NCBI RefSeq assembly: GCF_009914755.1
Contig: NC_060933.1
DNA length: 64,000 nucleotides
From: the human T2T-CHM13v2.0 reference genome, Homo sapiens
Direction: 5' to 3' (one strand)
The position numbers and the translations under genes are program-made. The notes under the pieces were generated by a model. That model saw nothing but the letters and a program-made list of their open reading frames with translations. It was not told where the DNA came from and ran no database searches. This document shows positions 27,781 through 43,700 of this stretch, in pieces (position 1 is the stretch's first letter; the number at the start of each line of letters is the position of its first letter).

Positions 27781-30700
27781 TGGAATGGAATGGAATGGAA
27801 TGGAATGGAATGGAATCAACGCGAGTGCAGGGGAATGTAATGGAACGGAATGCAATGGAATGGAATCATCCGGAATGGAATGGAATTGAATGGAATGGAA
27901 TGGAATCAACCCGAGTGCAATGGAATGGAGTGGAATGGAATGGAATAGAATGGAACAACCCGAATGGAGTGGAATGTAATGGAGAGTAAGGGAGTTGAAT
28001 AGAATCAATCCAAATGTAATGGAATGGAATGCAACGGAATGGAATGGAATGGAATGGAATGGAATGGAATGCAATGGAATGGAATCAACCCGAGTACAAT
28101 GGAATGCAATGGAATGGAATGGAATGGAATGGAATGGAATGGAATGATACGGAATGGAATGGAATGGAACGAAATGGAATGGAATGGAATGGAATCGAAT
28201 GGAATGGAATGGAATGGAATGGAATGGAATGGAATCGTTCCGAGTGGAATAGGAGGGAATGTATTCGAGTGGAATGGAAAGGAATGGAAGCAACCAGAGT
28301 GGAATGGAAGGGAATGGAATGGAATGGAAACTAATAGAATGGAATCAACCAGAGTGGAATGGAATGGAAAGGACTGCAATGGAATGGAATGGAATGGAAT
28401 AAACTCGATTGTAATGGAATGGAATGGAATGGAATGGAATGGAATGGAATGGAATGGAATTAACCCGAATACAATGGAATGGAATGGAATGGAACGGAAT
28501 GGAGTGGAATGGAATGGAATCAACCCGAGTGCAGGGGAATGGAATGGAATGCAATGCAATGGAATGGAATCATCCGGAATGGAATGGAATGGAATGCAAA
28601 GCAATGGAATCAACTCGATTGAAATGGAATGGAAAGGAATGGAAAGGAATACATTGGAATCAACCCGAGTGGAATGGAATGGAAAGGACTGGAATGGAGT
28701 GGAATGGAATGGAATGGAATGGAATGGAATGGAATGAAATGGAATCAAACTTATTGGAATGGAATGGAATGGAATGGAATGGAATGGAATGGAATGGAAT
28801 TAACCCGAATAGAAAGGAATGGAATGGAATGGAACGGAACGGAATGGAATGGAATGGAATGGAATCAACCTGACTGCAGGGGAATGGAATGCAATGGAAT
28901 GCAATGGAATGGATTCAACTTGAATGAAATGGAAAGAATGGAATCAACACGAGTGGAATGGCATGGATTGGAATGGAATGGAATGGAATCAACCCGAGTA
29001 CAGGGGAATGGAATGGAATGGAATGCAATGGAATGGAATCATCCGTAATGGAATGGAAAGGAATGGAATGGAATGGAATGGAATGGAATGGAATGGAATC
29101 AACTCGATTGAAATCGAATGGAATGGAATGGAATTAACCCGAATAGAATGGAATAGAATGGAATGGAACGGAACGGAACGGAAGGGAATGGAATGGAATG
29201 GAATGGAATGGAATGGAACGGAAAGGAACGGAATGGAATGGAATGGAATGGAATGGAATGGAATCAACGAGAGTGCAGGGGAATGGAATGGAATGGAATG
29301 GAATGGAATGGAATGGAATTGAATGGAATGGCATGGAATCAAAGCGAGTGCAGGGCAATGGCATGGAATGGAATGCAATGGAATGGAATCATCCGGAATG
29401 GAATGGAATGGAATGGAATGGAATGAAATGCAATGGATTCAACGCGATTGCAATGGAATGGAATAGAATGGAATGGAATGGAATGGAATGGGATTAACCC
29501 GAACAGAATGGAATGGAATGGAACGGAACGGAATGGAACGGAAAGGAATGGAATGGAATGGAATGGAATGGAATGGAATGGTATGGAATGGAATGCAATG
29601 GTACGGAATAGAAAGCAATGGAACGAATTGTAATGGAATGGAATTGAATGGAATGGAATGGAATGGAATGGAATCAACGCGAGTGCAGGGGAATGTAGTG
29701 GAACGGAATGCAATGGAATGGAATCATCCGGAATGGAATGGAATGGAATGGAATGGAATGGAATCAACCCCAGTGCAATGGAATGGAGTGGAATGGAATG
29801 GAATGGAATGGAACAACCCGAATGGAATGGAATGTAATGGAGAGTAAGGGAGTTGAATAGAATCAATTCGAATGTAATGGAATGGAATGCAACGGAATGG
29901 AATGGAATGGAATGGAATGGAATGGAATGGAATGCAAATGAATGGAATCAACCCGGGTGGAATGGCATGGAATTGAATGCAATGGATTGGAATGGAATGG
30001 AATCAACTCGAGTGGAAAGGAATGGAATGGAATGGAAAGGAATGGAATGAAGTCAACTCGAGTGGAATGGAATTGAATGGAATGGATTGGAATGGATTGC
30101 AATGGAATGAAATGGAATGGAATGGAATGGAATCAATCATGGAAGGCAATGTAATGGAGTGGAAAGAAGGGAATGGAATCAACACGAGTGGAATGCAAGG
30201 CAATGGAATGGAATGGAAAGGAATCGAATGGAATCAACTCGATTGCAATGGAATGGAATGGAATGGAATGGAATGGAATGGAATGGAATCAACCCGAGTG
30301 CAATGGAATGGAGTGGAATGGAATGGAATGGAATGGAACAACCCGAATGGAATGGAATGTAATGGAGAGTAAGGGAGTTTAATACAATCAATCCGAATGT
30401 AATGGAATGGAATGCAACGGAATGGAATGGAATGGAATGGAATGGAATGCAATGGAATGGAATCAACCCGAGTACAATGGAATGGAATGGAATGGAATGG
30501 AATGGAATGGAATGGAATGCCTTCAAACCGAATGGAATGGAAAGGAATGGAATCAACACGAGTGGAATGGAATGGAATGGAATGGAATGGAATGGAAAGG
30601 AATGATACGGAATAGAATGGAATGGAACGAAATGGAATGGAATGGAATGGAATGGAATGGAATGGAATGGAATGGAATGGAATCGTTCCGAGTGGAATAG

Positions 30701-30934
30701 GAGGGAATGTATTCGAGTGGAATGGAAAGGAATGGAATCAACCAGAGTGGAATGGAAGGGAATGGAATGGAATGGAAACTAATAGAATGGAATCAACCCG
30801 AGTGGAATGGAATGCAAACGACTGGAATGGAATGGAATGGAATGGAATGGAATGGAATGGAATGGAATCAACTCGATTGTAACGGAATGGAATGGAATGC
30901 AATGTAATGGAATGGAATGGAATGGAATGGAATG

Positions 30935-31760
30935 GAATCAACCCAACTGCAGGGCAATGCAATGGAATGGAATGCAATTGAATGGATTCAACTTGAATGG
31001 AATGGAAAGAATGGAATCAACACGAGTGGAATGGCATGGATTGGAATAGAATGGAATGGAATCAACCCGAGTACAGAGGAATGGAATGGAATGGAATGCA
31101 ATGGAATGGAATCATCCGTAATGGAATGGAAAGGAATGGAATGGAATGGAATGGAATGGAATGGAGTCATCCGTAATGGAATGGAAAGGAATGGAATGGA
31201 ATGGAATGGAATGGAATGGAATCAACTCGATTGCAATCGAATGGAATGGAATGGAATTAACCCGAATAGAATGGAATGGAATGGAACGGAACGGAACGGA
31301 ATGGAATGGAATGGAATGGAATGGAATCAACTCGATTGGAATGGAATGGAATGGAATGGAATGGAATGGAATTAACCTGAATAGAATGGAATGGAATGGA
31401 ATGGAACGGAACGGAATGGAACGGAATGGAATGGAGTGGAATGGAATGGAATGGAATGGAATCAACCCTACTGCAGGGCAATGCAATGGAATGGAATGCA
31501 ATTGAATGGATTCAACTTGAATGGAATGGAAAGAATGGAATCAACACGAGTGGAATGGCATGGATTGGAAGAGAATGGAATGGAATCAACCCGAGTACAG
31601 AGGAATAGAATGGAATGGAATGCAATGGAATGGAATCATCCGTAATGGAATGGAAAGGAATGGAATGGAATGGAATGGAATGGAATGGAATGGAATGGAA
31701 AGGAATCAACTGGATTGCAATCGAATGGAATGGAATGGAATTAACCCGAATAGAATGGAA
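30935..31760 (+). repeat. ~0.3-kb segment duplicated at 524-bp offset
   Basis: ACTGCAGGGCAATGCAATGG at ~30946/31470 and GTACAGAGGA at 31071/31595. Confidence 0.8.
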
Positions 31761-34700
31761 TGGAATGGAATGGAACGGAACGGAACGGAATGGAATGGAT
31801 TGGAATGGAATGGAATGGAATGGAACGGAAAGGAATGGAATGGAATGGAATGGAATGGAATGGAATCAACGCGAGTGCAGGGGAATGGAATGGAATGGAA
31901 TGCAATGGATTGGAATCTTCCGGAATGGAATGGAATGGAATGGAATGGAATGGAATGGAATAAACCCGAGTGCAATGGAATGGAGTGGAATGGAATGGAA
32001 TGGAATGGAACAACCCGAATGGAATCGAATGTAATGGAGAGTAAGGGAGTTGAATAGAATCAATCCGAATGTAATGGAATGGAATGGAACGGAATGGAAT
32101 TGAATGGAATGGAATGGAATGCAATGGAATGGAATCAACCCGAGTGCAATGGAATGGAGAGGAATGGAATGGAATGGAATGTAAACTACCCGAATGGAAT
32201 GGAATGTAATGGAGTGTAAGGGAATTGAAAAGAATCAATCCGAATGTAATGGAATGGAATGGAACGGGATGGAATGGAATGGAATGGAATGGAATGGAAT
32301 GGAATGCAATGGAATGGAATCAACCCGAGTGGAATGGCATGGAATGGAATGGAATGGAATGCAATGGAATGGAATCAACTCGAGTGGAAAGGAATGGAAT
32401 GGAATGGAAAGGAATGGAATGAAATCAACTCGAGTGGAATGGAATGGGATGGAATGGATTGGAATGTATTGCAATGGAATGAAATGGAATGGAATGGAAT
32501 GGAATCAATCATTCCGAGTGGAATGGAAGGGAATGTAATGGAGTGGAAAGAAGGGAATGGAATCAACCCGATTGGAATGCAAGGCAATGGAATGGAATGG
32601 AAAGGAATGGAATGGAATCAACTCGATTGCAATGGAATGGAATGGAATGGAATGGAAAGGAATGGAATTAACCGGAATAGAATGGAATGCAATGGAATGG
32701 AACGGAATGGAATGGAATGGAAGGGAATGGAATCAACACGAGTGCAGGGGAATGGAATGGTAAGGAATGCAATTGAATGGAATCATCCGGAATGGAATGG
32801 AATGGAATGGAATCAACTCCATTGCAATGGAATGGAATGGAATGGAATGGAATAGAATGGAATGGAATTAACCCGAATAGAATGGAATGCAATAGAATGG
32901 AATGGAACGGAACCGAATGGAGTGGAATGGAATGGAATGGAATCAACCTGAGTGCAGGGGAATGGAATGGAATGGAATGCAATGGAATGGAATCTTCCGG
33001 AATGGAATGGAATGGAATGGAATGGAATGAAATGCAATGGATTCAACTCGATTGCAATGGAATGGAATGGAATAGAATGGAATGGAATGAAATGGAATGG
33101 AATGGAATTAACCCGAATAGAATGGAATGGAATGGAATGGAACGGAACGGAACGGAATGGAATGGAATGGAATGGAATGGAATGGAACGGAACGGAACGG
33201 AATGGAATGGAATGGAATGTAATCAACGCGAGTGCAGGGGAACGGAATGGAATGGAATGCAATGGAATGCAATTTCCGGAATGGAATGGAATGGAATGGA
33301 ATGGAATGAAATGCAATGGATTCAACTCGATTGCAATGGAATGGAATAGAATGGAATGGAACGGAATTAACCCGAATAGAATGGAATGGAATGGAATGGA
33401 ACGGAATGGAACGGAACGGAATGGAATGGAATGGAATGGAATGGTATGGAATGGAATGGAATGGTACGGAATAGAATGGAATGGAACGAATTGTAATGGA
33501 ATGGAATTGAATGGAATGGAATGGAATGGAATGGAATCAACGCGAGAGAAGGAGAATGTAATGGAACGGAATGCAATGGAATGGAATCATCCGGAATGGA
33601 ATGGAATGGAATGGAATGGAATGGAATCAACCCGAGTGCAATGGAATGGAGTGGAATGGAATGGAATGGAATGGAACAACCCGAATGGAATGGAATGTAA
33701 TGGAGAGTAAGGTAGTTGAATAGAATCAATCCGGATGTAATGGAATGGAATGCAACGGAATGGAATGGAATCGAAAGGAATGGAATGCAATGGAATGGAA
33801 TCAACCCGAGTACAATGAAATGGAATGGAATGGAATGGAATGGAATGGAATGGAATGGAATGGAATGGAATGCCTTCAAACTGAATGGAATGGAAAGGAA
33901 TGGAATCAACACGAGTGGAATGGAATGGAATGGAATGGAATGGAATGGAATGGAATGGAATGGAACGGAATAGAATGGAATGGAACGAAATGGAATGGAA
34001 TGGAATGGAATGGAATGGAATCGTTCCGAGTGGAATAGGAGGGAATGTATTCGAGTGGAATGGAAAGGAATGGAATCAACCAGAGTGGAATGGAAGGGAA
34101 TGGAATGGAATGGAAACTAATAGAATGGAATCAACCCGAGCGGAATGGAATGGAAAGGACTGGAATGGAATGGAATGGAATGGAATGGAATGGAATGGAA
34201 TCAACCCGATTGTAATGGAATGGAATGGAATGGAATGGAATGGAATGGAATGGAATGCAATGGAATTAACCCGAATACAATGGAATGGAATGGAATGGAA
34301 CTGAATGGAGTGGAATGGAATGGAATCAACCCGAGTGCATGGTAATGGAATGCAATGGAATGCAATGGAAAGGAATCATCCGGAATGGAATGGAATGGAA
34401 TGGAATGCAAAGAAATGGAATCAACTCGATTGCAATGGAATGGAATGGAATGGAAAGGAATAGAATGGAATCAACCCGAGTGGAATGGAATGGAAAGGAC
34501 TGGAATTGAGTGGAATGGAATGGAATGGAATGGAATGGAATCAACTCGATTGGAATGGAATGGAATGGAATGGAATGGAAGGGAATTAACACGAATAGAA
34601 TGGAATGGAATGGAATGGAACGGAATGGAATGGAATGGAATGGAATGGAATCAACCCGACTGCAGGGGAATGGAATGGAATGGAATGCAATGGAATGGAA

Positions 34701-34799
34701 TCATCCGGAACGGAATGGAATGGAATGGAATGGAATCAACTCGATTGCAATGGAATGGAATGGAATCGAATGGAATGGAATGGAATGGAATGGAATGGA

Positions 34800-37700
34800 A
34801 TCAACTCGATTGCAATCGAATGGAATGGAATGGAATTAACCCGAATAGAATGGAATGGAATGGAATGGAAAGGAGCGGAATGGAATGGAATGGAATGGAA
34901 TGGAATGGAATGGAACGGAAAGGAATAGAATGGAATGGAATGGAATGGAATGGAATCAACGCGAGTGCAGGGGAATGGAATGGAATGGAATGGAATGGAA
35001 TGAAATGCAATGGATTCAACTCGATTGCAATGGAATGGAATAGAATGGAATGGAATGGAATGGAATGGAATTAACCCAAATAGAATGGAATGGAATGGAA
35101 TGGAATGGTATGGAATTTAATGGAATGGAATCAACTCGATTGTAATGGAATGGAATGGAATGGAATGGAATGGAATTAACCCGAATACAATGGAATGGAA
35201 TGGAATGGAACGGAATGCAGTGGAATGGAATGGAATCAACCCGAGTGCAGGGGAATGGAATGGAATGGAATGCAATGGAATGGAATCATCCGGAATGGAA
35301 TGGAATGGAATGGAATGCCAAATCAATGGAATCAACTCGATTGCAATGGAATGGGATGGAATGGAAAAGAATAGAATGAAATCAACCTGAGTGGAATGGA
35401 ATGGAAAGGACTGGAATGGAGTGGAATGGAATGGAACGGAATGGAATGGAATCAACTCGATTGGAATGGAGTGGAATGGAATTTCAATGGAATGGAATGG
35501 AATGGAATGGAATTAACCCGAATAGAATGGAATGGAATGGAATGGACCGGAATGGAATGGAATGGAATGGAATGGAATGGAATGGAATGGAATCAACCCG
35601 AGTGCAATGGAATGGAGTGGAATGGAATGGAATGGAATGGAACAACCCGAAGGGAATGGAATGTAATGGAGAGTAAGGGAGTTGAATAGAATCAATCCGA
35701 TTGTAATGGAATGGTATGCAACGGAATGGAATGGAATGGAATGGAATGCAATGGAATGCAATGGAATGGAATGAACTCGAGTACAATGGAATGGAATGGA
35801 ATGGAATGGAATGGAATGGAATGGAATAGAATGGAATGGAATTGAATGGAATGGAACGCCTTCAAACCGAATGGAATGGAAAGGAATGGAATCAACACGA
35901 GTGGAATGGAATGGAATGGAAAGGAATGGAATGGAATGGAATGGTACGGAATATAATGGAATGGAACGAACTGGAATGGAATGGAATGGAATGGAATGGA
36001 ATGGAATCGTTCCGAGTGGAATAGGAGGGAATGTATTCGAGGGGAATAGAAAGGAATGGAATCAACCAGAGTGGAACGGAAGGGAATGGAATGGAATGGA
36101 AACTAATAGAATGGAATCAACCCGAGTGGAATGGAATGGAAAGGACTGGAATGGAATGGAATGGAATGGAATGGAATGGAATCAACTCGATTGGAATGGA
36201 ATGGAATGGAATGGAATGGAATTTAATGGAATGGAATTAACCCGAATACAATGGAATGGAATGGAATGGAACGGAATGGAGTGGAATGGAATGGAATCAA
36301 CCCGAGTGCAGGGGAATGGATTGGAATGGAATGCAATGGAATGGAAACTTCCGGAATGGAATGGAATGGAATTGAATGGAATGGAATGGAATGGAATCAA
36401 CCCGAGTGCAATGGAATGGAGAGGAATGGAATGGAATGGAATGGAAACTACCCGAATGGAATGGAATGTAATGGAGTGTAAGGGAATTGAATAGAATCAA
36501 TCCGAATGTAATGGAATGGAATGCAACGGAATGGAATGGAATGGAATGGAATGGAATGGAATGCAATGGAATGGAATCAACCCGAGTGCAATCGAATGGA
36601 ATCGAATGGAATGGAATGCAATGGAATGGATTCAACTTGAATGGAATGGAAAGAATGGAATCAACACGAGTGGAATGGCATGGATTGGAATGGAATGGAA
36701 TGGAATCAACCCGAGTACAGGGGAATGGAATGGAATGGAATGCAATGGAATGGAATCATCCGTAATGCAATGGAAAGGAATGGAATGGAATGGAATGGAA
36801 TGGAATGGAATGGAATGGAATCAACTCGATTGCAATCGAATGGAATGGAATGGAATTAACCCGAATAGAATGGAATGGAATGGAATGGAACGGAACGGAA
36901 TGGAATGGAATGGAATGGAATTAACCCGAATACAATGGAATGGAATGGAATGGAACGGAATGGAGTGGAATGGAATGGAATCAACCCGAGTGCAGGGGAA
37001 TGGAATGGAATGGAATGCAATGGAATGGAATCATACGGAATGGAATGGAATGGAATGGAATGCAAAACAATGGAATCAACTCGATTGCAATGGAATGGGA
37101 TGGAATGGAAATGAATAGAATGGAATCAACCTTAGTGGAATGGAATGGAAAGGACTGGAATGGAGCGGAATGGAATGGAACGGAATGGAATGGAATCAAC
37201 TCGATTGGAATGGAGTGGAATGGAATTTGAATGGAATGGAATGGAATGGAATGGAATTAACCCGAATAGAATGGAATGGAAAGGAATGGAACGGAATGGA
37301 ATGGAATGGAATGGAATGCAATGGAATCAACCCGAATGCACGGGAATGGAATGGAATGGAATGCAATGGAATGGAATCATCCGGAACGGAATGGAATGGA
37401 AAGGAATGGAATCAACTCGATTGCAATGGAATGGAAAGGAATGGAATGGAATGGAATGGAATGGAATAGAATGGAATGGAATGGAATTAACCCGAATAGA
37501 ATGGAATGGAATGGAATGGAAAGGAATGGAAGGGAATGGAAAGGAATGTAATCAACGCGAGTGCAGGGGAATGGAATGGAATTGAATGCAATGGAATGGA
37601 ATCATCCGGAATGGAATGGAATGGAATGGAATGGAATGGAATCAACCCGATCCAATGGAATAGAATGGAATGGAATGGAATGGAATGGAAACATCCCGAA

Positions 37701-40700
37701 TGGAATTGAATGTAATGGAGTGTAAGGGAATTGAATAGAATCAGTCCGAATGCAATGGAATGGAATGGAATGAAATGGAATGGAATGGAATGGAATGGAA
37801 TCAAACCGAGTGCAATGGAATGGAGTCGAATGGAATGGAATGGATTCAACAAGAATGGAATGGAAAGGAATGGAATCAACCCGAGTGTAATGGCATGGAA
37901 TGGAATGGAATGGAATGGGATGGAATGAAATGGTACGGAATAGAATGGAATGGAATGAAATGGAATGGAATGGAATGGAAAGGAATGGAATGGAATGGAA
38001 TGCAATGGAATGAACCCGTGTGCAATGGAATGGAATGGAATGGAATGGAATGGAATGGATTCAACTCGAATGGAATCATCTCGATTGCAATGGAATGGAA
38101 TGGAATGGAAAGGAATAAAATGGAATCAACCCGAGTGGAATGGAATGGAAAGGACTGGAATGGACTGGAAAGGAATGGAATGGAATGGAATCAAATCGAT
38201 TCTAATGGAATGGAATGGAATGGAATGGAATGGAATCAACTCGATTGCAATGGAATGGAATGGAATGGAATGGAATGGAATGGAATGGAATGGAATTAAC
38301 CCGAATAGAATAGAATGGAATGGAACGGAATGTAATGGAATGAAATGGAATGGAATCAACCCGAGTGCAGGGGAATGGAATGGAATGGAATGGAATGCAA
38401 TGGAATGCAATCATACGGAATGGAATGGAATGGAATGGAATGGAATAGAATGGAATGGAATGGAATGGAATCAACTAGATTGCAATGGAATGGAATGGAA
38501 TGGAAAGGAATGGAAGGGAATGGAATGGAATGTTATCAACCCGAGTGCAGGGGAATGGAATGCAATGGTATGCAATGGAATGGAATCATCCGGAATGGAA
38601 TGGAATGGAATGGAATGCAATCAACCCGATGCAATGGAATGGAGTGGAATGGAATGGAATGGAATGGAAACATCCCGAATGGGATGGAATGTAATGGAGT
38701 GTAAGGGAATTGAATAGAATCAATCCGAATGTAATGGAATGCAATGGAATGTAATGGAATGGAATGGAATGGAATGGAATCAACCCGAGTGCAATGGAAT
38801 GGATTCAAATGGAATGGAATGGAATGGAATGGATTCAACAAGAATGGAATGGAAAGGAATGGAATCAACCCGAGTGTAATGGCATGGAATGGAATGGAAT
38901 GGAATGGAATGGGATGGAATGGAATGGTACGGAATAGAATGGAATGGAATGAAATGGAATGGAATGGAATGGAATGGAATGGAATGGAATGAACCCGTGT
39001 GCAATGTAATGTAATGGAATGGATTGGAATGGATTCAACTCGAAAGGAATCAACTCGATTGCAATGGAATGGAATGGAAGGGAAAGGAATAGAATGGAAT
39101 CAACCCGAGTGGAATGGAATGGAAAGGACTGGAATGGAGTGGAATTGAATGGAATGGAATTAACCCGAATAGAATGGAATGGAATGGAACGGAATGTAAT
39201 AGAATGGAATGGAATGGATTCAACCAGAGTGCAGGGGAATGGAATGGAATGGAATGCAATGGAATGGAATCATCCGGAATGGAATGGAATGGAATGGAAT
39301 GGAATCAACTCGATTTCAATGGAATGGAATGGAATAGAATGGAATGGAATTGAATTAACACGAATAGAATGGAATGGAGTGGAATGGAATGGAAAGGAAT
39401 GGAATGGAATGGAATGGAATCAACCCAAGTGCAGGGGAATGGAATGCAATGGAATTCAATGGAATGGAATCATCCGGAATGGAATGGAATGGAATGGAAT
39501 GGAATGGAATCAACCCGAGTGCAATGGAATGGAGAGGAACGGAATGGAATGGAATGGAAACTAGCCGAATGGAATGGAATGTAATGGAGTGTAAGGGAAT
39601 TGAATAGAATCAATCCGAATGTAATGGAATGGAATAGAACGGAACGGAATGGAATGGAATGGAATGGAACGGAATGCAATGGAATGGAGTCAACACGAGT
39701 GCAATCGAATGGAATCGAATGGAATGGAATGCAATGGAATGGATTCAACTTGAATGGAATGGAAAGAATGGAATCAACACGAGTGGAATGGCATGGAATG
39801 GAATGGAATGGAATGGAATCAACCCGAGTACAGGGGAATGGAATGGAATGGAATGCAATGGAATGGAATCATCCGTAATGTAATGGAAAGGAATGGAATG
39901 GAATGGAATGGAATGGAATGGAATGGAATGGAATCAACTCGATTGCAATCGAATGGAATGGAATGGAATTAACCCGAATAGAATGGAATGGAATGGAATG
40001 GAAAGGAGCGGAATGGAATGGAATGGAATGGAATGGAATGGAATGGAACCGAACGGAATGGAATGGAATGGAATGGAATGGAATGGAATGGAATCAACGC
40101 GAGTGCAGGGGAATGGAATGGAATGGAATGGAATGAAATGCAATGGATTCAACTCGATTGCAATGGAATGGAATAGAATGGAATGGAATGGAATGGAATG
40201 GAATTAACCCGAATAGAATGAAATGGAATGGAATGGAATGGTATGGAATTTAATGGAATGGAATCAACTGGATTGTAATGTAATGGAATGGAATGGAATG
40301 GAATGGAATGGAATGGAGTGGAATTAACCCGAATACAATGAAATGGAATGGAATGGAACGGAATGGAGTGCAATGGAATGGAATCAACCCGAGTGCAGGG
40401 GAATGGAATGGAATGGAATGCAATGGAATGGAATCATCCGGAATGGAATGGAATGGAATGGAATGCAAAACAATGGAATCAACTCGATTGCAATGGAATG
40501 GGATGGAATGGAAAAGAATAGAATGGAATGGAATGCAATGGAATGCAATCTTCCGGAATGGAATGGAATGGAATTGAATGGAATGGAATGGAATGGAATC
40601 AACCCGAGTGCAATGGAATGGAGAGGAATGGAATGGAATGGAATGGAAACTACCCGAATGGAATGGAATGTAATGGAGTGTAAGCGAATTGAATAGAATC

Positions 40701-43700
40701 AATCCGAATGTAATGGAAAGGAATGGAACGGAATGGAATGGAATGGAATGGAATGGAATGGAATGGAATGCAATGGAATGGAATCAACCCGAGTGCAATC
40801 GAATGGAATCGAATGGAATGGAATGCAATGGAATGGATTCAACTTGAATGGAATGGAAAGAATGGAATCAACACGAGTGGAATGGCATGGATTGGAATGG
40901 AATGGAATGGAATCAACCCGAGTACAGGGGAATGGAATGGAATGGAATGCAATGGAATGGAATCATCCGTAATGCAATGGAAAGGAATGGAATGGAATGG
41001 AATGGAATGGAATGGAATGGAATGGAATGGAATCAACTCGATTGCAATCGAATGGAATGGAATGGAATTAACCCGAATAGAATGGAATGGAATGGAATGG
41101 AACGGAACGGAATGGAATGGAATGGAATGGAATGGAATGGAATTAACCCGAATACAATGGAATGGAATGGAATGGAACGGAATGGAGTGGAATGGAATGG
41201 AATCAACCCGAGTGCAGGTGAATGGAATGGAATGGAATGCAATGGAATGGAATCATACGGAATGGAATGGAATGGAATGGAATGCAAAACAATGGAATCA
41301 ACTCGATTGCAATGGAATAGGATGGAATGGAAATGAATAGAATGGAATCAACCTTAGTGGAATGGAATGGAAAGGACTGGAATGGAGCGGAATGGAATGG
41401 AACCGAATGGAATGGAATCAACTCGATTGGAATGGAGTGGAATGGAATTTGAATGGAATGGAATGGAATGGAATGGAATTAACCCGAATAGAATGGAATG
41501 GAAAGGAATGGAACGGAATGGAATGGAATGGAATGGAATGCAATGGAATCAACCCGAATGCACGGGAATGGAATGGAATGGAATGCAATTTAATGGAATC
41601 ATCCGGAACGGAATGCAATGGAATGGAATGGAATCAACTCGATTGCAATGGAATGGAAAGGAATGGAATGGAATGGAATGGAATGGAATAGAATGGAATG
41701 GAATGGAATTAACCCGAATAGAATGGAATGGAATGGAATGGAAAGGAATGGAAGGGAATGGAAAGGAATGTAATCAACGCGAGTGCAGGGGAATGGAATG
41801 GAATTGAATGCAATGGAATGGAATCATCCGGAATGGAATGGATTGGAATGGAATGGAATGGAATCAACCCGATCCAATGGAATAGAATGGAATGGAATGG
41901 AATGGAATGGAAACATCCCGAATGGAATTGAATGTAATGGAGTGTAAGGGAATTGAATAGAATCAGTCCGAATGCAATGGAATGGAATGGAATGAAATGG
42001 AATGGAATGGAATGGAATGGAATCAAACCGAGTGCAATGGAAAGGAGTCGAATGGAATGGAATGGATTCAACAAGAATGGAATGGAAAGGAATGGAATCA
42101 ACCCGAGTGTAATGGCATGGAATGGAATGGAATGGAATGGGATGGAATGAAATGGTACGGAATAGAATGGAATGGAATGAAATGGAATGGAATGGAATGG
42201 AAAGGAATGGAATGGAATGGAATGCAATGGAATGAACCCGTGTGCAATGGAATGGAATGGAATGGAATGGAATGGAATGGATTCAACTCGAATGGAATCA
42301 TCTCGATTGCAATGGAATGGAATGGAATGGAAAGGAATAAAATGGAATCAACCCGAGTGGAATGGAATGGAAAGGACTGGAATGGACTGGAAAGGAATGG
42401 AATGGAATGGAATCAAATCGATTCTAATGGAATGGAATGGAATGGAATGGAATGGAATCAACTCGATTACAATGGAATGGAATGGAATGGAATGGAATGG
42501 AATGGAATGGAATGGAATGGAATTAACCCGAATAGAATGGAATGGAATGGAACGGAATGTAATGGAATGAAATGGAATGGAATCAACCCGAGTGCAGGGG
42601 AATGGAATGGAATGGAATGGAATGCAATGGAATGCAATCATCCGGAATGGAATGGAATGGAATGGAATGGAATAGAATGGAATGGAATGGAATGGAATCA
42701 ACTAGATTGCAATGGAATGGAATGGAATGGAAAGGAATGGAAGGGAATGGAATGGAATGTTATCAACCCGAGTGCAGGGGAATGGAATGCAATGGAATGC
42801 AATGGAATGGAATCATCCGGAATGGAAAGGAATGGAATGGAATGCAATCAACCCGATGCAATGGAATGGAGTGGAATGGAATGGAATGGAATGGAAACAT
42901 CCCGAATGGGATGGAATGTAATGGAGTGTAAGGGAATTGAATAGAATCAATCCGAATGTAATGGAATGCAATGGAATGAAATGGAATGGAATGGAATGGA
43001 ATGGAATGGAATCAACCCGAATGCAATGGAATGGATTCGAATGGAATGGAATGGAATGGAATGGAATGGATTCAACAAGAATGGAATGGAAAGGAATGGA
43101 ATCAACCCGAGTGTAATGGCATGGAATGGAATGGAATGGAATGGAATGGGATGGAATGGAATGGTACGGAATAGAATGGAATGGAATGAAATGGAATGGA
43201 ATGGAATGGAATGGAATGGAATGAACCCGTGTGCAATGTAATGTAATGGAATGGAATGGAATGGATTCAACTCGAAAGGAATCAACTCGATTGCAATGGA
43301 ATGGAATGGAAGGGAAAGGAATAGAATGGAATCAACCCGAGTGGAATGGAATGGAAAGGACTGGAATGGAGTGGAATGGAATGGAATGGAATTAACCCGA
43401 ATAGAATGGAATGGAATGGAACGGAATGTAATGGAATGGAATGGAATGGATTCAACCAGAGTGCAGGGGAATGGAATGGAATGGAATGCAATGGAATGGA
43501 ATCATCCGGAATGGAATGGAATGGAATGGAATGGAATCAACTCGATTTCAATGGAATGGAATGGAATAGAATGGAATGGAATTAACACGAATAGAATGGA
43601 ATGGAGTGGAATGGAATGGAAAGGAATGGAATGGAATGGAATGGAATCAACCCAAGTGCAGGGGAATGGAATGGAATGGAATTCAATGGAATGGAATCAT

